64,000 nt of DNA from Candidatus Diapherotrites archaeon ADurb.Bin253 (GTDB lineage: Archaea > Nanobdellota > Nanobdellia > Pacearchaeales > GW2011-AR1). The stretch lies in contig MWBV01000002.1 in assembly GCA_002069705.1 (NCBI GenBank), positions 2,691 through 66,690 of the forward strand, read 5' to 3'. Each line of letters starts with the position of its first letter. The first letter of the stretch is position 1. A program made the translations under genes and the position numbers. Below, piece by piece: positions 25,660 through 36,924 of the stretch. The notes beneath the pieces are model-generated. The model was not told the origin of the DNA and ran no database searches. It saw only the letters and a program-made list of their open reading frames with translations.

Positions 25660-26229
25660 TTATCTTGCTTTAGATGTTATAACAAAAGGTATGTTGTCAT
25701 ATGCATACCATTGGTTATTTCTATTAGCCCTTACTTCAATTCTGTATTTAACAGTACACAAAGGAGCTCCAGTAGGAATCTCGAAGTATATCTTTGTATC
25801 ATAATAATCTCCAACACTTATAGAAATATCTTCTTCTTTAGATCCAATCTTTATCCAACTTAACACATTCTCATTTCCACATGTACTTTGAGCAACTTTA
25901 ACTTCATATGAAAATTTTTGAGCTCCAGAAGTACCTGTCAATAAGTTTCTTATCCCAAGTCCAATAGCTTCTTCTTGTTCTTGTTTTATTGTTAGACGAC
26001 CAGATTTAGGATATATTGCTAATTTAGCTTCATCTGAACCAAAAGCTTTTCCAATTTCATTTGTCAATTGTTGTTCTGTTAAATCCATTGCACTTTTAGA
26101 TGTATTAAATATTGTTTTAGTCAATATTAACCCTAAAACCAAAGCAGACATTAAAAGAACTATAGTAACTATTGTTCCAACACTCATCTCCATTGCTGCT
26201 CTTTTGGATTTCATGTTCTTCATCACCAT
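25660..26229 (-). CDS. Pilin-like (class III signal peptide candidate) secreted protein, paralog A of a tandem pair
   Basis: The N-terminus KSKRAAMEMSVGTIVTIVLLMSALVLGLIL resembles archaeal type IV pilin signal peptides. The rest is paralogous to the 25096 gene. Confidence 0.6.
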   Translation of the reverse strand: MVMKNMKSKRAAMEMSVGTIVTIVLLMSALVLGLILTKTIFNTSKSAMDLTEQQLTNEIGKAFGSDEAKLAIYPKSGRLTIKQEQEEAIGLGIRNLLTGTSGAQKFSYEVKVAQSTCGNENVLSWIKIGSKEEDISISVGDYYDTKIYFEIPTGAPLCTVKYRIEVRANRNNQWYAYDNIPFVITSKAR

Positions 26230-26232
26230 CTT

Positions 26233-26562
26233 TTATCTTATACCTATAACACTATACTTTATAAATGTATATAAATTTATCGCAACTAAAAAAAATCCTA
26301 TTAATATTGAAAGGATACTGAATATTTTTGCTTTTTTTGCTCTTTTACCGTCGCATTTTAAACTTTTAATTAATCCAAATATTCCAAGAATCACAGCTAA
26401 AAATGGAATTCCTGCACTAATTATTATTGAAGAAATTTTACTGTTGTTTTCAAATATCTTTAACAAGAGTGCTGAAAATGGGATAAACAAAGCAAGAATT
26501 AAACTTACTGTGCCAAGTATATATGCATCTGCTTCTTTAGAATCACGATTTTTCACCTTCAT
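26233..26562 (-). CDS. Small membrane protein, 109 aa
   Basis: Track ORF with three hydrophobic helices. There is a 3-nt gap to the downstream pilin-like gene. Confidence 0.5.
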   Translation of the reverse strand: MKVKNRDSKEADAYILGTVSLILALFIPFSALLLKIFENNSKISSIIISAGIPFLAVILGIFGLIKSLKCDGKRAKKAKIFSILSILIGFFLVAINLYTFIKYSVIGIR

Positions 26563-27064
26563 TTATACTTTTATTGAGTTATTAATTATAAATGTTTTTA
26601 TTTCTAATAGAAATGGGATTAGGGGCAATTGAGACTTCTTAGAACAGAAAATTTTAATTCTAGATTGATACGTTCTGGAACAAAAATTAATATAATAAAT
26701 ATTTTTACAATTTAAAAATAAGTAAATTACATAGGAGGAGAGTATTCTAGATTTATATTTTAATTACCCAATCATTGATTTAACCTATTATCTTATGTCT
26801 GAGAAGATAACCTAAGTTTTTCTTTTACATTTTCTCAATTAGGTAGGGAAGTTGCAAAATAAATACAAGAAAAAATCTCAATTGCTTCAATTTATGGGAG
26901 ACACAAAAAAGGATATTCAGATTTATATTCAGTCATCTAAAGAAAAATATAAATAAACTCTTATCAATTTTTGTGTTAGTGTTTATGGTATTTTTCTTTT
27001 CCATAAAATTGAGGGTTTTTAGTTTTTAAAAACATATCTGCGTTATATCAACATTTTATGTAAA

Positions 27065-27389
27065 TTACTTTTGCCCCATTCCATAAGTTTGAATTATTGG
27101 AGTATGGATACATTCACACAAGTAAGCAATAGAATCCATTTCTTCTAAATAGACTTCAACAGGATTAGATGTAGAAGCAAATTAGACTTCTGCTTTCATA
27201 CTTCTTACATAAACTTTTGTTTTAAGGGAGTTGAAATTGTATTAATATCATTCATTCCCTTGATTTCTATTACTTCAATATTATCATTATTTGAATTAGA
27301 AGAGTCGCTTCCCAAAAAAATAACTGCTAAAGGATAATAGTTGCAAGTCCTAAAATTAAGTATTTGTTCCAATTAGGTTCTTTTTTCAT
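27065..27389 (-). pseudogene. Decayed gene for a small membrane-anchored protein
   Basis: My translation from ATG 27389 gives MKKEPNWNKYLILGLATIIL, then an in-frame TAG in the middle of the hydrophobic helix. It continues QLFFLGSDSSNSNNDNIEVIEIKGMNDINTISTPLKQKFM to a TAA. A protein-like tail (ASTSNPVEVYLEEMDSIAYLCECIHTPIIQTYGMGQK) follows in another frame. Confidence 0.4.
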
Positions 27390-27396
27390 TTTATTA

Positions 27397-27819
27397 TTAT
27401 GCAACATCTAATATTTTTTTATCTGTTCCAATTAAATTATTGTCCAAATCATAGAAAAAAGCATTTACCACAACTTTTTCTCCAGAATAACTCTTTAACT
27501 CAGAACATGAAATAACATTTCTTTCTGTCCGAAAAACCCCAACTTTTTTATTACAAATTAATTTACTATTTATTGTTTCCACTGTTAAGTTTACCTTACA
27601 GATTTCTGTTTGTACCATAGTCATTGATGGAGGGGGAACATCTTTTATAGAAATAATTTCCTTTGATTCACAAGAAACCAATACTCCTTTGCCTCCTGAA
27701 TATACAAGTAAATAAAATATTGCAATAATTAATGCCAATCCTATTAATATGAATAAAAAGCTTTTTTTTGAATTACTTTTTTTCTTTACCATATTCTTTT
27801 GCTCCCTTAAATACCACAA
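27397..27819 (-). CDS. Membrane-anchored protein
   Basis: Track ORF. The likely true start is MVKKKSNSKK at 27792, followed by the anchor SFLFILIGLALIIAIFYLLVY. Confidence 0.5.
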   Translation of the reverse strand: MWYLREQKNMVKKKSNSKKSFLFILIGLALIIAIFYLLVYSGGKGVLVSCESKEIISIKDVPPPSMTMVQTEICKVNLTVETINSKLICNKKVGVFRTERNVISCSELKSYSGEKVVVNAFFYDLDNNLIGTDKKILDVA

Positions 27820-28195
27820 CTATCCCCAAAATAAATGCGATGAAGTATATAACTCTTTTGTATCCGATAAAAAAGATTATCAAATAGATTGAATATAGAA
27901 ATAAAAGAATTAGACATGCCACAATCGTAGCCCAACATGAAACATCAAATATTTTATGGAAACAAATCTTGTCTTCTACATTAAATTCATATATCCCTAT
28001 TAGTAATACCAATAACCAAATTAATCCTAGAAAAAGAGAAACAATTCTAATTATATTGAAATTTAATGGGAGAACAAAGATTTCTGTAAGTCTGTCAGCA
28101 AAAATAGGTATGCTTTCCAAAAATAAGGGAATAAATATAGCAATAATAATTAGGCTAATTTCAAATCTATAAGATTTAATTTTAGAATGTTTCAT
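27773..28195 (-). CDS. Polytopic membrane protein, 140 aa
   Basis: Track ORF with four hydrophobic helices. Confidence 0.5.
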   Translation of the reverse strand: MKHSKIKSYRFEISLIIIAIFIPLFLESIPIFADRLTEIFVLPLNFNIIRIVSLFLGLIWLLVLLIGIYEFNVEDKICFHKIFDVSCWATIVACLILLFLYSIYLIIFFIGYKRVIYFIAFILGIVVVFKGAKEYGKEKK

Positions 28196-28265
28196 TAATA
28201 TTTAAAAAATTTAGGATATTTATACATTGCGTAAATTTGAGTCGTGGTATACTTCTCAACAGAAA

Positions 28266-28337
28266 TGGGGCTTCCGGGAGTCGAACCCGGCACACCATGA
28301 TCTTCAGTCATGTGCTCTCCCGCTGAGCTAAAGCCCC
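28266..28337 (-). tRNA. tRNA-Phe (GAA)
   Basis: The reverse complement folds as a cloverleaf: GGGGCTT TA GCTC AGCGGGA GAGC A CATGA CTGAAGA TCATG GTGTG CCGGG TTCGACT CCCGG AAGCCCC A. The anticodon is GAA. No encoded CCA and no intron. Confidence 0.9.
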
Positions 28338-28419
28338 AATTTAGAGTAATGTTTTATACTTTTAAATGTTTAGAATTATTGTAAAATTATTTTTGAAAAT
28401 AATTAAATAATAAAAAATG

Positions 28420-28714
28420 TAAGTCAGGAATAGGCCAGATTCTGTTGAACTCTGTTTCTTTTTCAAGACAGACAGTTCATGTTAACATTCCACTATGCGG
28501 CTATGCCTTGCACCAGTTGAGATGTTCGTTCCACCGTAACTTAATACGCTCGTCTCTATATCAGAGCTTTGCCTCACGACAATTGGAATTTCTCCAACAA
28601 CTTTTTCTTAACTAATTGTTAAGGGTGTCCGGACCTTCCTCAGAACTTAGAAATCATATAATTGGATTTCTTGACAATTTAATGCCAAAGTCCCGATGTT
28701 AACTACCTGACTTA
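28420..28714 (-). ncRNA. rnpB: RNase P RNA (archaeal type A-like, compact, about 295 nt)
   Basis: On the reverse strand, the 5' UAAGUCAGG pairs with the 3' CCUGACUUA (P1). GUUAACAU pairs with AUGUUAAC (P2). CR-I is GAGGAAGGUCCGGAC. A CR-V-like ACAGAAUCUGGCCUAUU sits just before the P1 3' strand. The region is a GC-richer island with no ORF. Confidence 0.85.
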
Positions 28715-28765
28715 CTAAAATAAGTAATTAGAAGGGTTTTTAAGTTTTATCTTCTTGTTCTTATC

Positions 28766-28957
28766 ATGGCAAAAGTGGTGAATGCAAAAAAAGAAAAACA
28801 TAAAGAAGAAAAAGGAGCTTTGTTTATCCCGGCTGGATTGTTTTTAGGTATGGGGTGGGGTTTTCTTACAGGTCTCTTTGTTGCAGGGCTTTTTATGGGT
28901 CTTGGAATAGGTTTTTTGGCTTTTGCAATTGTTAATTTATTGAGTAAGAAAAAATAA
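28766..28957 (+). CDS. Small membrane protein, 63 aa
   Basis: Track ORF with Gly-rich TM helices (LFIPAGLFLGMGWGFLTGLFVAGLFMGLGIGFLAFAIV). Confidence 0.45.
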   Translation: MAKVVNAKKEKHKEEKGALFIPAGLFLGMGWGFLTGLFVAGLFMGLGIGFLAFAIVNLLSKKK

Positions 28958-29089
28958 AATTAATATGAAAAATTTAATGTTTGAATTTTTCTAATTTGTT
29001 TACTTATAGAAAAATCAAGTTTTCAAGATAAAATAAATTTTAAAAATAAAAAATAAATTGGTTTGAATTTATATAGAATTGATTTTTAA

Positions 29090-29440
29090 TTAAAATCTTC
29101 TTCTATTTCCGTCACTGTTCCCAAAATCTCTTCTAGGACCTCTTGAATCTCTTCTTCTACCACCAAAATTCCTTCTTGGTTTTCTTGGGGCATCAGGGTC
29201 AAGTGGCTTAGCTTCATTAATTTTTAATGCTCTGCCTTCAACTTCTTTATCATTCATCTCTTCGATTGCTTTTTTAGCTTCATCGTCGTTTTTGAATGTA
29301 ACAAAACCAAATCCTTTAGATCTTCCAGAAAATTTATCCTTGATTACAGAGACTTCTTCTATTTCACCATAAGATGAAAATAGTTCTTTTAGCTTTTCAT
29401 CATCTACACTAAATGGTAGATTTCCAACATAAACTTTCAT
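29090..29440 (-). CDS. RRM-domain RNA-binding protein with Arg/Gly-rich tail
   Basis: RNP-2 is VYVGNL and RNP-1 is KGFGFVTF. The C-terminal tail is PRKPRRNFGGRRRDSRGPRRDFGNSDGNRRRF. A strong SD (AAGGAGGA) lies 9 nt upstream of the ATG. Confidence 0.85.
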   Translation of the reverse strand: MKVYVGNLPFSVDDEKLKELFSSYGEIEEVSVIKDKFSGRSKGFGFVTFKNDDEAKKAIEEMNDKEVEGRALKINEAKPLDPDAPRKPRRNFGGRRRDSRGPRRDFGNSDGNRRRF

Positions 29441-29584
29441 GTCCTTATATCCTCCTTACACTCATATCTAACTTAGAACTAATCGAACCGCGAAATCAAA
29501 CTGAATCACTGAATCTATTCATTCTACGTTCAAAATAAATACAAACAATTGGTTTTTAAATGCTTTGGAGAATGTAAATTAAAT

Positions 29585-29812
29585 TTACTTTTTCTTTTTT
29601 ACTATCTTACCTAGAATTAATCCAATAACTGTTCCTATAAGAGCACCAAGTATCGCTCCTGTAATTCCATAACTTCTTGGGTCCCCCATACATTCAGTTC
29701 TCATACCTGTTGAAGGGTCAATTGGACAAGAGGGTTGATAGTATAATCCCAGAGCGAATCCAACAATTGCCCCTATAACTAAGAATATTAGGATGTAATG
29801 GCCTATTTTCAT
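29585..29812 (-). CDS. Small membrane protein, 75 aa
   Basis: Track ORF with two Gly-zipper-like helices (IGAIVGFALGLYY, GAILGALIGTVIGLILG). Confidence 0.45.
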   Translation of the reverse strand: MKIGHYILIFLVIGAIVGFALGLYYQPSCPIDPSTGMRTECMGDPRSYGITGAILGALIGTVIGLILGKIVKKKK

Positions 29813-29891
29813 AAATTAAATTAGTAATTTAGATTTAAAAATATTGTTATAACTTCAAAACAGTTAGTTGTTATCAGAAATAAAATCAAAT

Positions 29892-29910
29892 AAATAAGTA
29901 ACAGAAAATC
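29892..29910 (-). other. 3' arm of 23S processing stem
   Basis: AAATAAGTAACAGAAAATC is the perfect reverse complement of 32783-32801. Confidence 0.6.
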
Positions 29911-29924
29911 TTGAAATCTTCAAA

Positions 29925-32740
<2,816 letters not shown>

Positions 32741-32782
32741 CTGAAAATTTCATTTTAAATTAATTTTCATTATTTTAAGTGG

Positions 32783-32801
32783 GATTTTCTGTTACTTATT
32801 T
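32783..32801 (-). other. 5' arm of 23S processing stem
   Basis: GATTTTCTGTTACTTATTT is the perfect 19-nt complement of 29892-29910 across the whole 23S gene. Confidence 0.6.
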
Positions 32802-32978
32802 CATTGAATATAATTTGAGTTATATTCTCAAATTGATTCCGAAAAATCTTCGGAACCAGTGTTGGTTTTTATACCAACAAGTTTCACGTGAGTGAATATG
32901 ATTTGTGATTCATGGTTTTATTTTCCATAGTGGGATTTTCTAAATCCCCAGTTAATTAATCTTATTAGAAAACTAAAA

Positions 32979-33049
32979 TGGACTCGCCGGGAATCGAACC
33001 CGGATCTCATGCGTGCAAGGCAAGTGTTCTACCATTGGACTACGAGCCC
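32979..33049 (-). tRNA. tRNA-Ala (UGC) in the 16S-23S spacer
   Basis: The reverse complement reads GGGCTCG TA GTCC AATGGTA GAAC A CTTGC CTTGCAC GCATG AGAT CCGGG TTCGATT CCCGG CGAGTCC A. The anticodon is TGC and the G3:U70 alanine identity pair is present. No encoded CCA. Confidence 0.9.
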
Positions 33050-33122
33050 TTAATGATTTACTACTTTATTATCGGTAAATCTTCGTTGTTTATTTTAGCC
33101 CGCATGGGTTTTTAAGTTTTCT

Positions 33123-33144
33123 GTATAAGATGAGTATGTAGAAG
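33123..33144 (-). other. 3' arm of 16S processing stem
   Basis: The reverse complement of GTATAAGATGAGTATGTAGAAG is CTTCTACATACTCATCTTATAC. This nearly matches CTTCTACATACCTCATACCTTAG at 34785-34807. Confidence 0.5.
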
Positions 33145-33192
33145 TTCATTAATTATAATTTGTTTCTTGCCTTCCTCTAATGTCAAAAATAT

Positions 33193-34636
33193 AGGAGGTA
33201 ATCCAACTGCAGGTTCCCCTACAGTTACCTTGTGACGACTTAACCTACCTTGTCACATCAAGGTTCTCCCCCGAAGGGTTTCACCATAACATAACTCGGT
33301 TGGTTTGACGGGCAGTGTGTGCAAGAGACAGTGACTTATTCACCGTTCGCTGCTAACAAACGATTACTACGGATTCCAGTGTCACGAGGCTGAGTTTCAA
33401 ACCTCGATCTAAACTGAGATGGACTTTAAGAGATTAGCTTCGCCTTTCGGCGTTGCGTCCCGTTGTATCCACCATTGACGCGCGCGTGTTGCCCAGGGGA
33501 TTCAGGCTGTACTCACCTAACGTAGCCCGCACTTTCATCCTCGTTACCAAGGCAATCTGTATATTGTACACGTAGTAAATATACATGCGGGTCTTGCCTG
33601 TTACCTGATTTAACAGGTCACCTCACGGCACAGGCTGACGTTGGCCATGCAACTCCTCTCAGCGTGTCAGGTAAGCCCTTCAGACTGACCTTCATCCTGC
33701 TGTCGCTCCTGGTGAGGTTCACGGTGTAGAATCTAATTAAACCGCACGCGTCACTCGTTGTAGTGTCTCCCCGCCAATTCCTTTAAGTTTCGATCTTGCG
33801 ACTATACTTCCCAGGTAGCTCACTCTTCGCCTTCGCTTCAGCACTGAAACCTCCCGAAGAGGCCCCAATGTTTAGTGAGCAGTGTTTACTGCCAGGACTA
33901 CACGGGTATCTAATCCCTTTTGCGCCCCTAGCCTTCATCCCTTACTGTCAGAACTGTCCTCGTAAGATGCCTTCGCTGTTGTTAGTCCGTCTGGGATTAA
34001 CACATTTTACCGCTACTCCAAACGTACTTCTTACGTCTTCCAGTCTCTAGCTTAACAGTACTTCTTGCCCGCTCCATATTTGAGACATGGAATTTCACAA
34101 GAAACTTATTAAGCAAGCTACGGATGTTTTAGACCCAATAATGATGGCTGCGACTTGGACCGCGAGTATTACCGCGGCGGCTGGCACTCGTCTTACCCAG
34201 TCCTTATTCGCCAAACTTTTTACATTTGGCAAAAGCTTTTCATATGAAAAGCACTCTGACTCAATCTGTCATACTTTCGTACATTGCAGAAAATTCCTAA
34301 CTGCTGCACCCCGTAGGGCTGGGAATAGTGTCTCAGATTCCCTCTCAGGGCCTCTCCGCTAAGAGCCCTTACGGATCATTGGCTTGGTGGGCCTTTACCC
34401 CGCCAACAACCTAATCCGCCGCAGCCCCATCCTTAAGCACGAATTTGAGAGATGAATCATTCCAGGGTACATCTCCTATCGAGTATTAACCTCAGTTTCC
34501 CGAGAGTATCCTCGACTTAAGGGTAGGTTAGCTACGTGTTACTGAGCAGTTCGCCTTTCACTTCCGAAGAAACAAAAAGACTTGCATGTCTAAGTGCAAA
34601 TCAGAGAGCCGCAGCCGCTAGCAGGATCAACTAGAT
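33193..34636 (-). rRNA. rrs: 16S rRNA (about 1.44 kb, short)
   Basis: The reverse strand 5' end is AAUCUAGUUGAUCCUGCUAGCGG. The 515 region is GUGCCAGCCGCCGCGGUAAUAC. The 915 region is AGGAAUUGGCGGGGAGACAC (archaeal type). The 3' end is GGGGAACCUGCAGUUGGAUUACCUCCU. Confidence 0.9.
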
Positions 34637-34784
34637 TTAAACATATCATGAATTTTACTCGATAAATCGAAAAAATCTCCTTGCGCAATTTCCTTGTAAG
34701 AAAGAAAACTACTTCACACATCTCCTAACTATTGGCTTTGAACATTAAATTGGTTGACTAAAAAACATTTACAAATGATGACTG

Positions 34785-34807
34785 CTTCTACATACCTCAT
34801 ACCTTAG
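34785..34807 (-). other. 5' arm of 16S processing stem
   Basis: Near-complementary to 33123-33144 across the 16S gene. Confidence 0.5.
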
Positions 34808-34870
34808 AATTTGATATTATCATTGTTAAGGCACTCATCTTAATTAACAAACTAAATCAAAAAATTGAGG

Positions 34871-34878
34871 TTTATAAA
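34871..34878 (-). promoter_or_regulatory. rRNA operon TATA box candidate
   Basis: The reverse strand reads GAAAGATTTATAAACCTC, about 60 nt upstream of the 16S processing stem arm. Confidence 0.5.
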
Positions 34879-34929
34879 TCTTTCGTGAGATTTTCGATAA
34901 TAAAATTAAAATTTACTGAGATGAGAAAT

Positions 34930-35211
34930 TTAGATTTTATATGCTTGATAAATACTAAAATAAAAACCATCCATTGAACTAACTCCTTCACAGTACGCAT
35001 TTGCTTGAGGACGCATTTTATTCATTTGTACTTTAATACTATTTTTTATTTTTTCATCTAAATCTTTTCCTATATCATATATTTTATACAATTTAAATGG
35101 TTCTCCAATAGGTACAGGATGAATTTCTTTTGGAGTTTCTTTTTCTCTATCCTCTTTCTTAATAAAATAAGAATTATGCCACCACAATATTTCTGTCAGG
35201 TCGTTACCCAT
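34930..35211 (-). CDS. Hypothetical protein, 93 aa
   Basis: Track ORF with protein-like composition. No motif recognised. Confidence 0.4.
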   Translation of the reverse strand: MGNDLTEILWWHNSYFIKKEDREKETPKEIHPVPIGEPFKLYKIYDIGKDLDEKIKNSIKVQMNKMRPQANAYCEGVSSMDGFYFSIYQAYKI

Positions 35212-35264
35212 AGTAATTGAATTATCTTGTTATTTATAAAAATGATTATCTTAAAGAATATATT

Positions 35265-35528
35265 TTATCTCAATCTTCTTTCAATCCAACTTTTTTTCTC
35301 TTTAGATTGCTTCATTTCTTCTTTTAGTTTTTCTCTGTCTATTCTTACTAATTGCATAGTTAAATTTGGATAAAGAGAATGTCTGCTTTTGTCTCCTCCT
35401 TCAATTTCAAACATAGGGAGTTCTTCTATATCATATTTTCCTGTAAAATAAAATAATATATTATGTTCGTAATGATTGTAAAATCCTTCCTTTATTTTTT
35501 CACCTTCATAATCTAAAAATTCTTTCAT
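35265..35528 (-). CDS. Hypothetical protein, 87 aa
   Basis: Track ORF with protein-like composition. No motif recognised. Confidence 0.4.
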   Translation of the reverse strand: MKEFLDYEGEKIKEGFYNHYEHNILFYFTGKYDIEELPMFEIEGGDKSRHSLYPNLTMQLVRIDREKLKEEMKQSKEKKSWIERRLR

Positions 35529-35662
35529 GTTTTAGAAATTAAGTCCTTTATTTATAAGGATAATTATCTTCAAGTACTCATAATAATATTTAAAAATATT
35601 ATATAAATTTCAATAACAAATTTTAAAAAGCAATTAAACATCAAAATTTAGTAGGTGAAAAA

Positions 35663-35950
35663 ATGATAAAAGATGCTGAAATAGCAATGGTGAATGCTGC
35701 AACTTTTGCCCTTGATTATCAAGATAAACATTACAATGCAGATGCAGCTGAAATAATCAAGAAATTTATGAGTGATTCTAATCATTTGAAAATAAAAAAC
35801 GACATCCAAATCTATGCAATCTCTGCAATAAATGAAATAATTAAGATAAAAAGAGATAAGGCAAATAAAGGCAAAAACAACAAACAATTGATGCAAATTT
35901 TTATGAGGATTTCTCCAGAACTTTCTAGAAGAATAAAAGAAGATTATTAA
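35663..35950 (+). CDS. Hypothetical protein, 95 aa
   Basis: Preferred over the overlapping minus-strand ORF. It has an AGGTGA Shine-Dalgarno 6 nt upstream of the ATG and a balanced amino-acid composition. Confidence 0.45.
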   Translation: MIKDAEIAMVNAATFALDYQDKHYNADAAEIIKKFMSDSNHLKIKNDIQIYAISAINEIIKIKRDKANKGKNNKQLMQIFMRISPELSRRIKEDY

Positions 35951-36018
35951 TTTTTCTAAGTTTATCTTTTAAATAGAATTTTATCTTTACAAAAAATAAA
36001 AATTATTTTCAGTTAATC

Positions 36019-36924
36019 TTAAACACCTTTACTTGCACCCTTAATTTTTTCTTCAAATTCTTCAGTCCACCAATCTAAATCCGGTATATCTGCTTCAATT
36101 CCTTTTTCTTTGCAATATCCTTTTGCTAAAACATAAAATATCACTCCTAAACTCTTAGGGCTTTTATTGTTTCCAATTATTATTTGATTTGCTCCTTTAG
36201 AAAAATTATTTGTATCACAAATCATCAAGATATTTTTCTTAACTTTTAAGGTATCGTTAAGTGCATTTTTATCTAGCCAAGAATCAACTACTATTGTTAA
36301 TTCATTTTCAAAAAAATCAGGAAGTGCAGTGTTTGTTAATATTCCAGCAGGATATTTTTTAGTGAAAGTTCTTATTCCAGTTAATTCAGAAAATTTCATT
36401 GCTGCTTTCCATCCAGCTTGTCTTTTACATACAAGAATTATATCTTCAGGATTGAATTTACAAAGATATTCAACTCCTTCTTTTAATTTTTCATCAATTA
36501 AATCAGTATTAAATATAGCTAGCCCATCTGCTCTTCTTCTATAAACAAAAGGTTTCATTTCAGGCGTAACAACTTTTGTACCAAGATAAATTCCAGCTTT
36601 AACATACTCTTCAAGAGGTACAAGCATATCTGTTCTTTTTTTGATTTTGACTTTTTCTTTAAGTTCTTCTGAACTTGGAGCTTCTTCAGATAGTTTTTCT
36701 TTTAATTTAGCAGCTTTTTCAAGAATTTTTTTCTTTTTTTCATCCATTTCTTCTGTAGCAAGAGATTCAGCTTTAGCAGCTTTTTCAAGCGATTTGCCCT
36801 CAAGCTGTTCTTCAACTTCTTTATTAGAAACTTTATCTGCTATTTTTTCTTTCTTTTCTGATTTTTTCTTCTTATCTACTTCTTTAGATGTAGTTGCATT
36901 TTCAGTTTTTTTTACTCTTGGCAT
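36019..36924 (-). CDS. rps2: Ribosomal protein S2 (uS2) with about 95-aa K/E-rich N-terminal extension
   Basis: The core is LVPLEEYVKAGIYLGTKVVTPEMKPFVYRRRADGLAIFN ... ICDTNN. It is preceded by a Lys/Glu-rich low-complexity segment. Confidence 0.85.
   Translation of the reverse strand: MPRVKKTENATTSKEVDKKKKSEKKEKIADKVSNKEVEEQLEGKSLEKAAKAESLATEEMDEKKKKILEKAAKLKEKLSEEAPSSEELKEKVKIKKRTDMLVPLEEYVKAGIYLGTKVVTPEMKPFVYRRRADGLAIFNTDLIDEKLKEGVEYLCKFNPEDIILVCKRQAGWKAAMKFSELTGIRTFTKKYPAGILTNTALPDFFENELTIVVDSWLDKNALNDTLKVKKNILMICDTNNFSKGANQIIIGNNKSPKSLGVIFYVLAKGYCKEKGIEADIPDLDWWTEEFEEKIKGASKGV

Noticed and set aside
26611-26640. Possible att-like remnant: TAGAAATGGGATTAGGGGC resembles the CAGAAATGGGGCTTCC junction at the 3' end of tRNA-Phe (28260-28275)
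   Set aside because: Only a 9-nt exact match (AGAAATGGG) plus scattered identities, and no integrase. A chance match in 4 kb is plausible. It is kept only as a hint in the island finding.
27327-27329. In-frame TAG in the decayed gene as a recoding (pyrrolysine or readthrough) signal
   Set aside because: The ORF is additionally broken by a TAA and a frameshift about 120 nt further on, and no pyl genes are visible. All other genes in the window use TAG, TAA and TGA as ordinary stops.
35648-35896. Minus-strand ORF competing with 35663-35950 (+)
   Set aside because: Its composition (F, I, C, Y-rich) looks like AT-rich antisense noise. The plus-strand ORF has an AGGTGA SD and a balanced composition.
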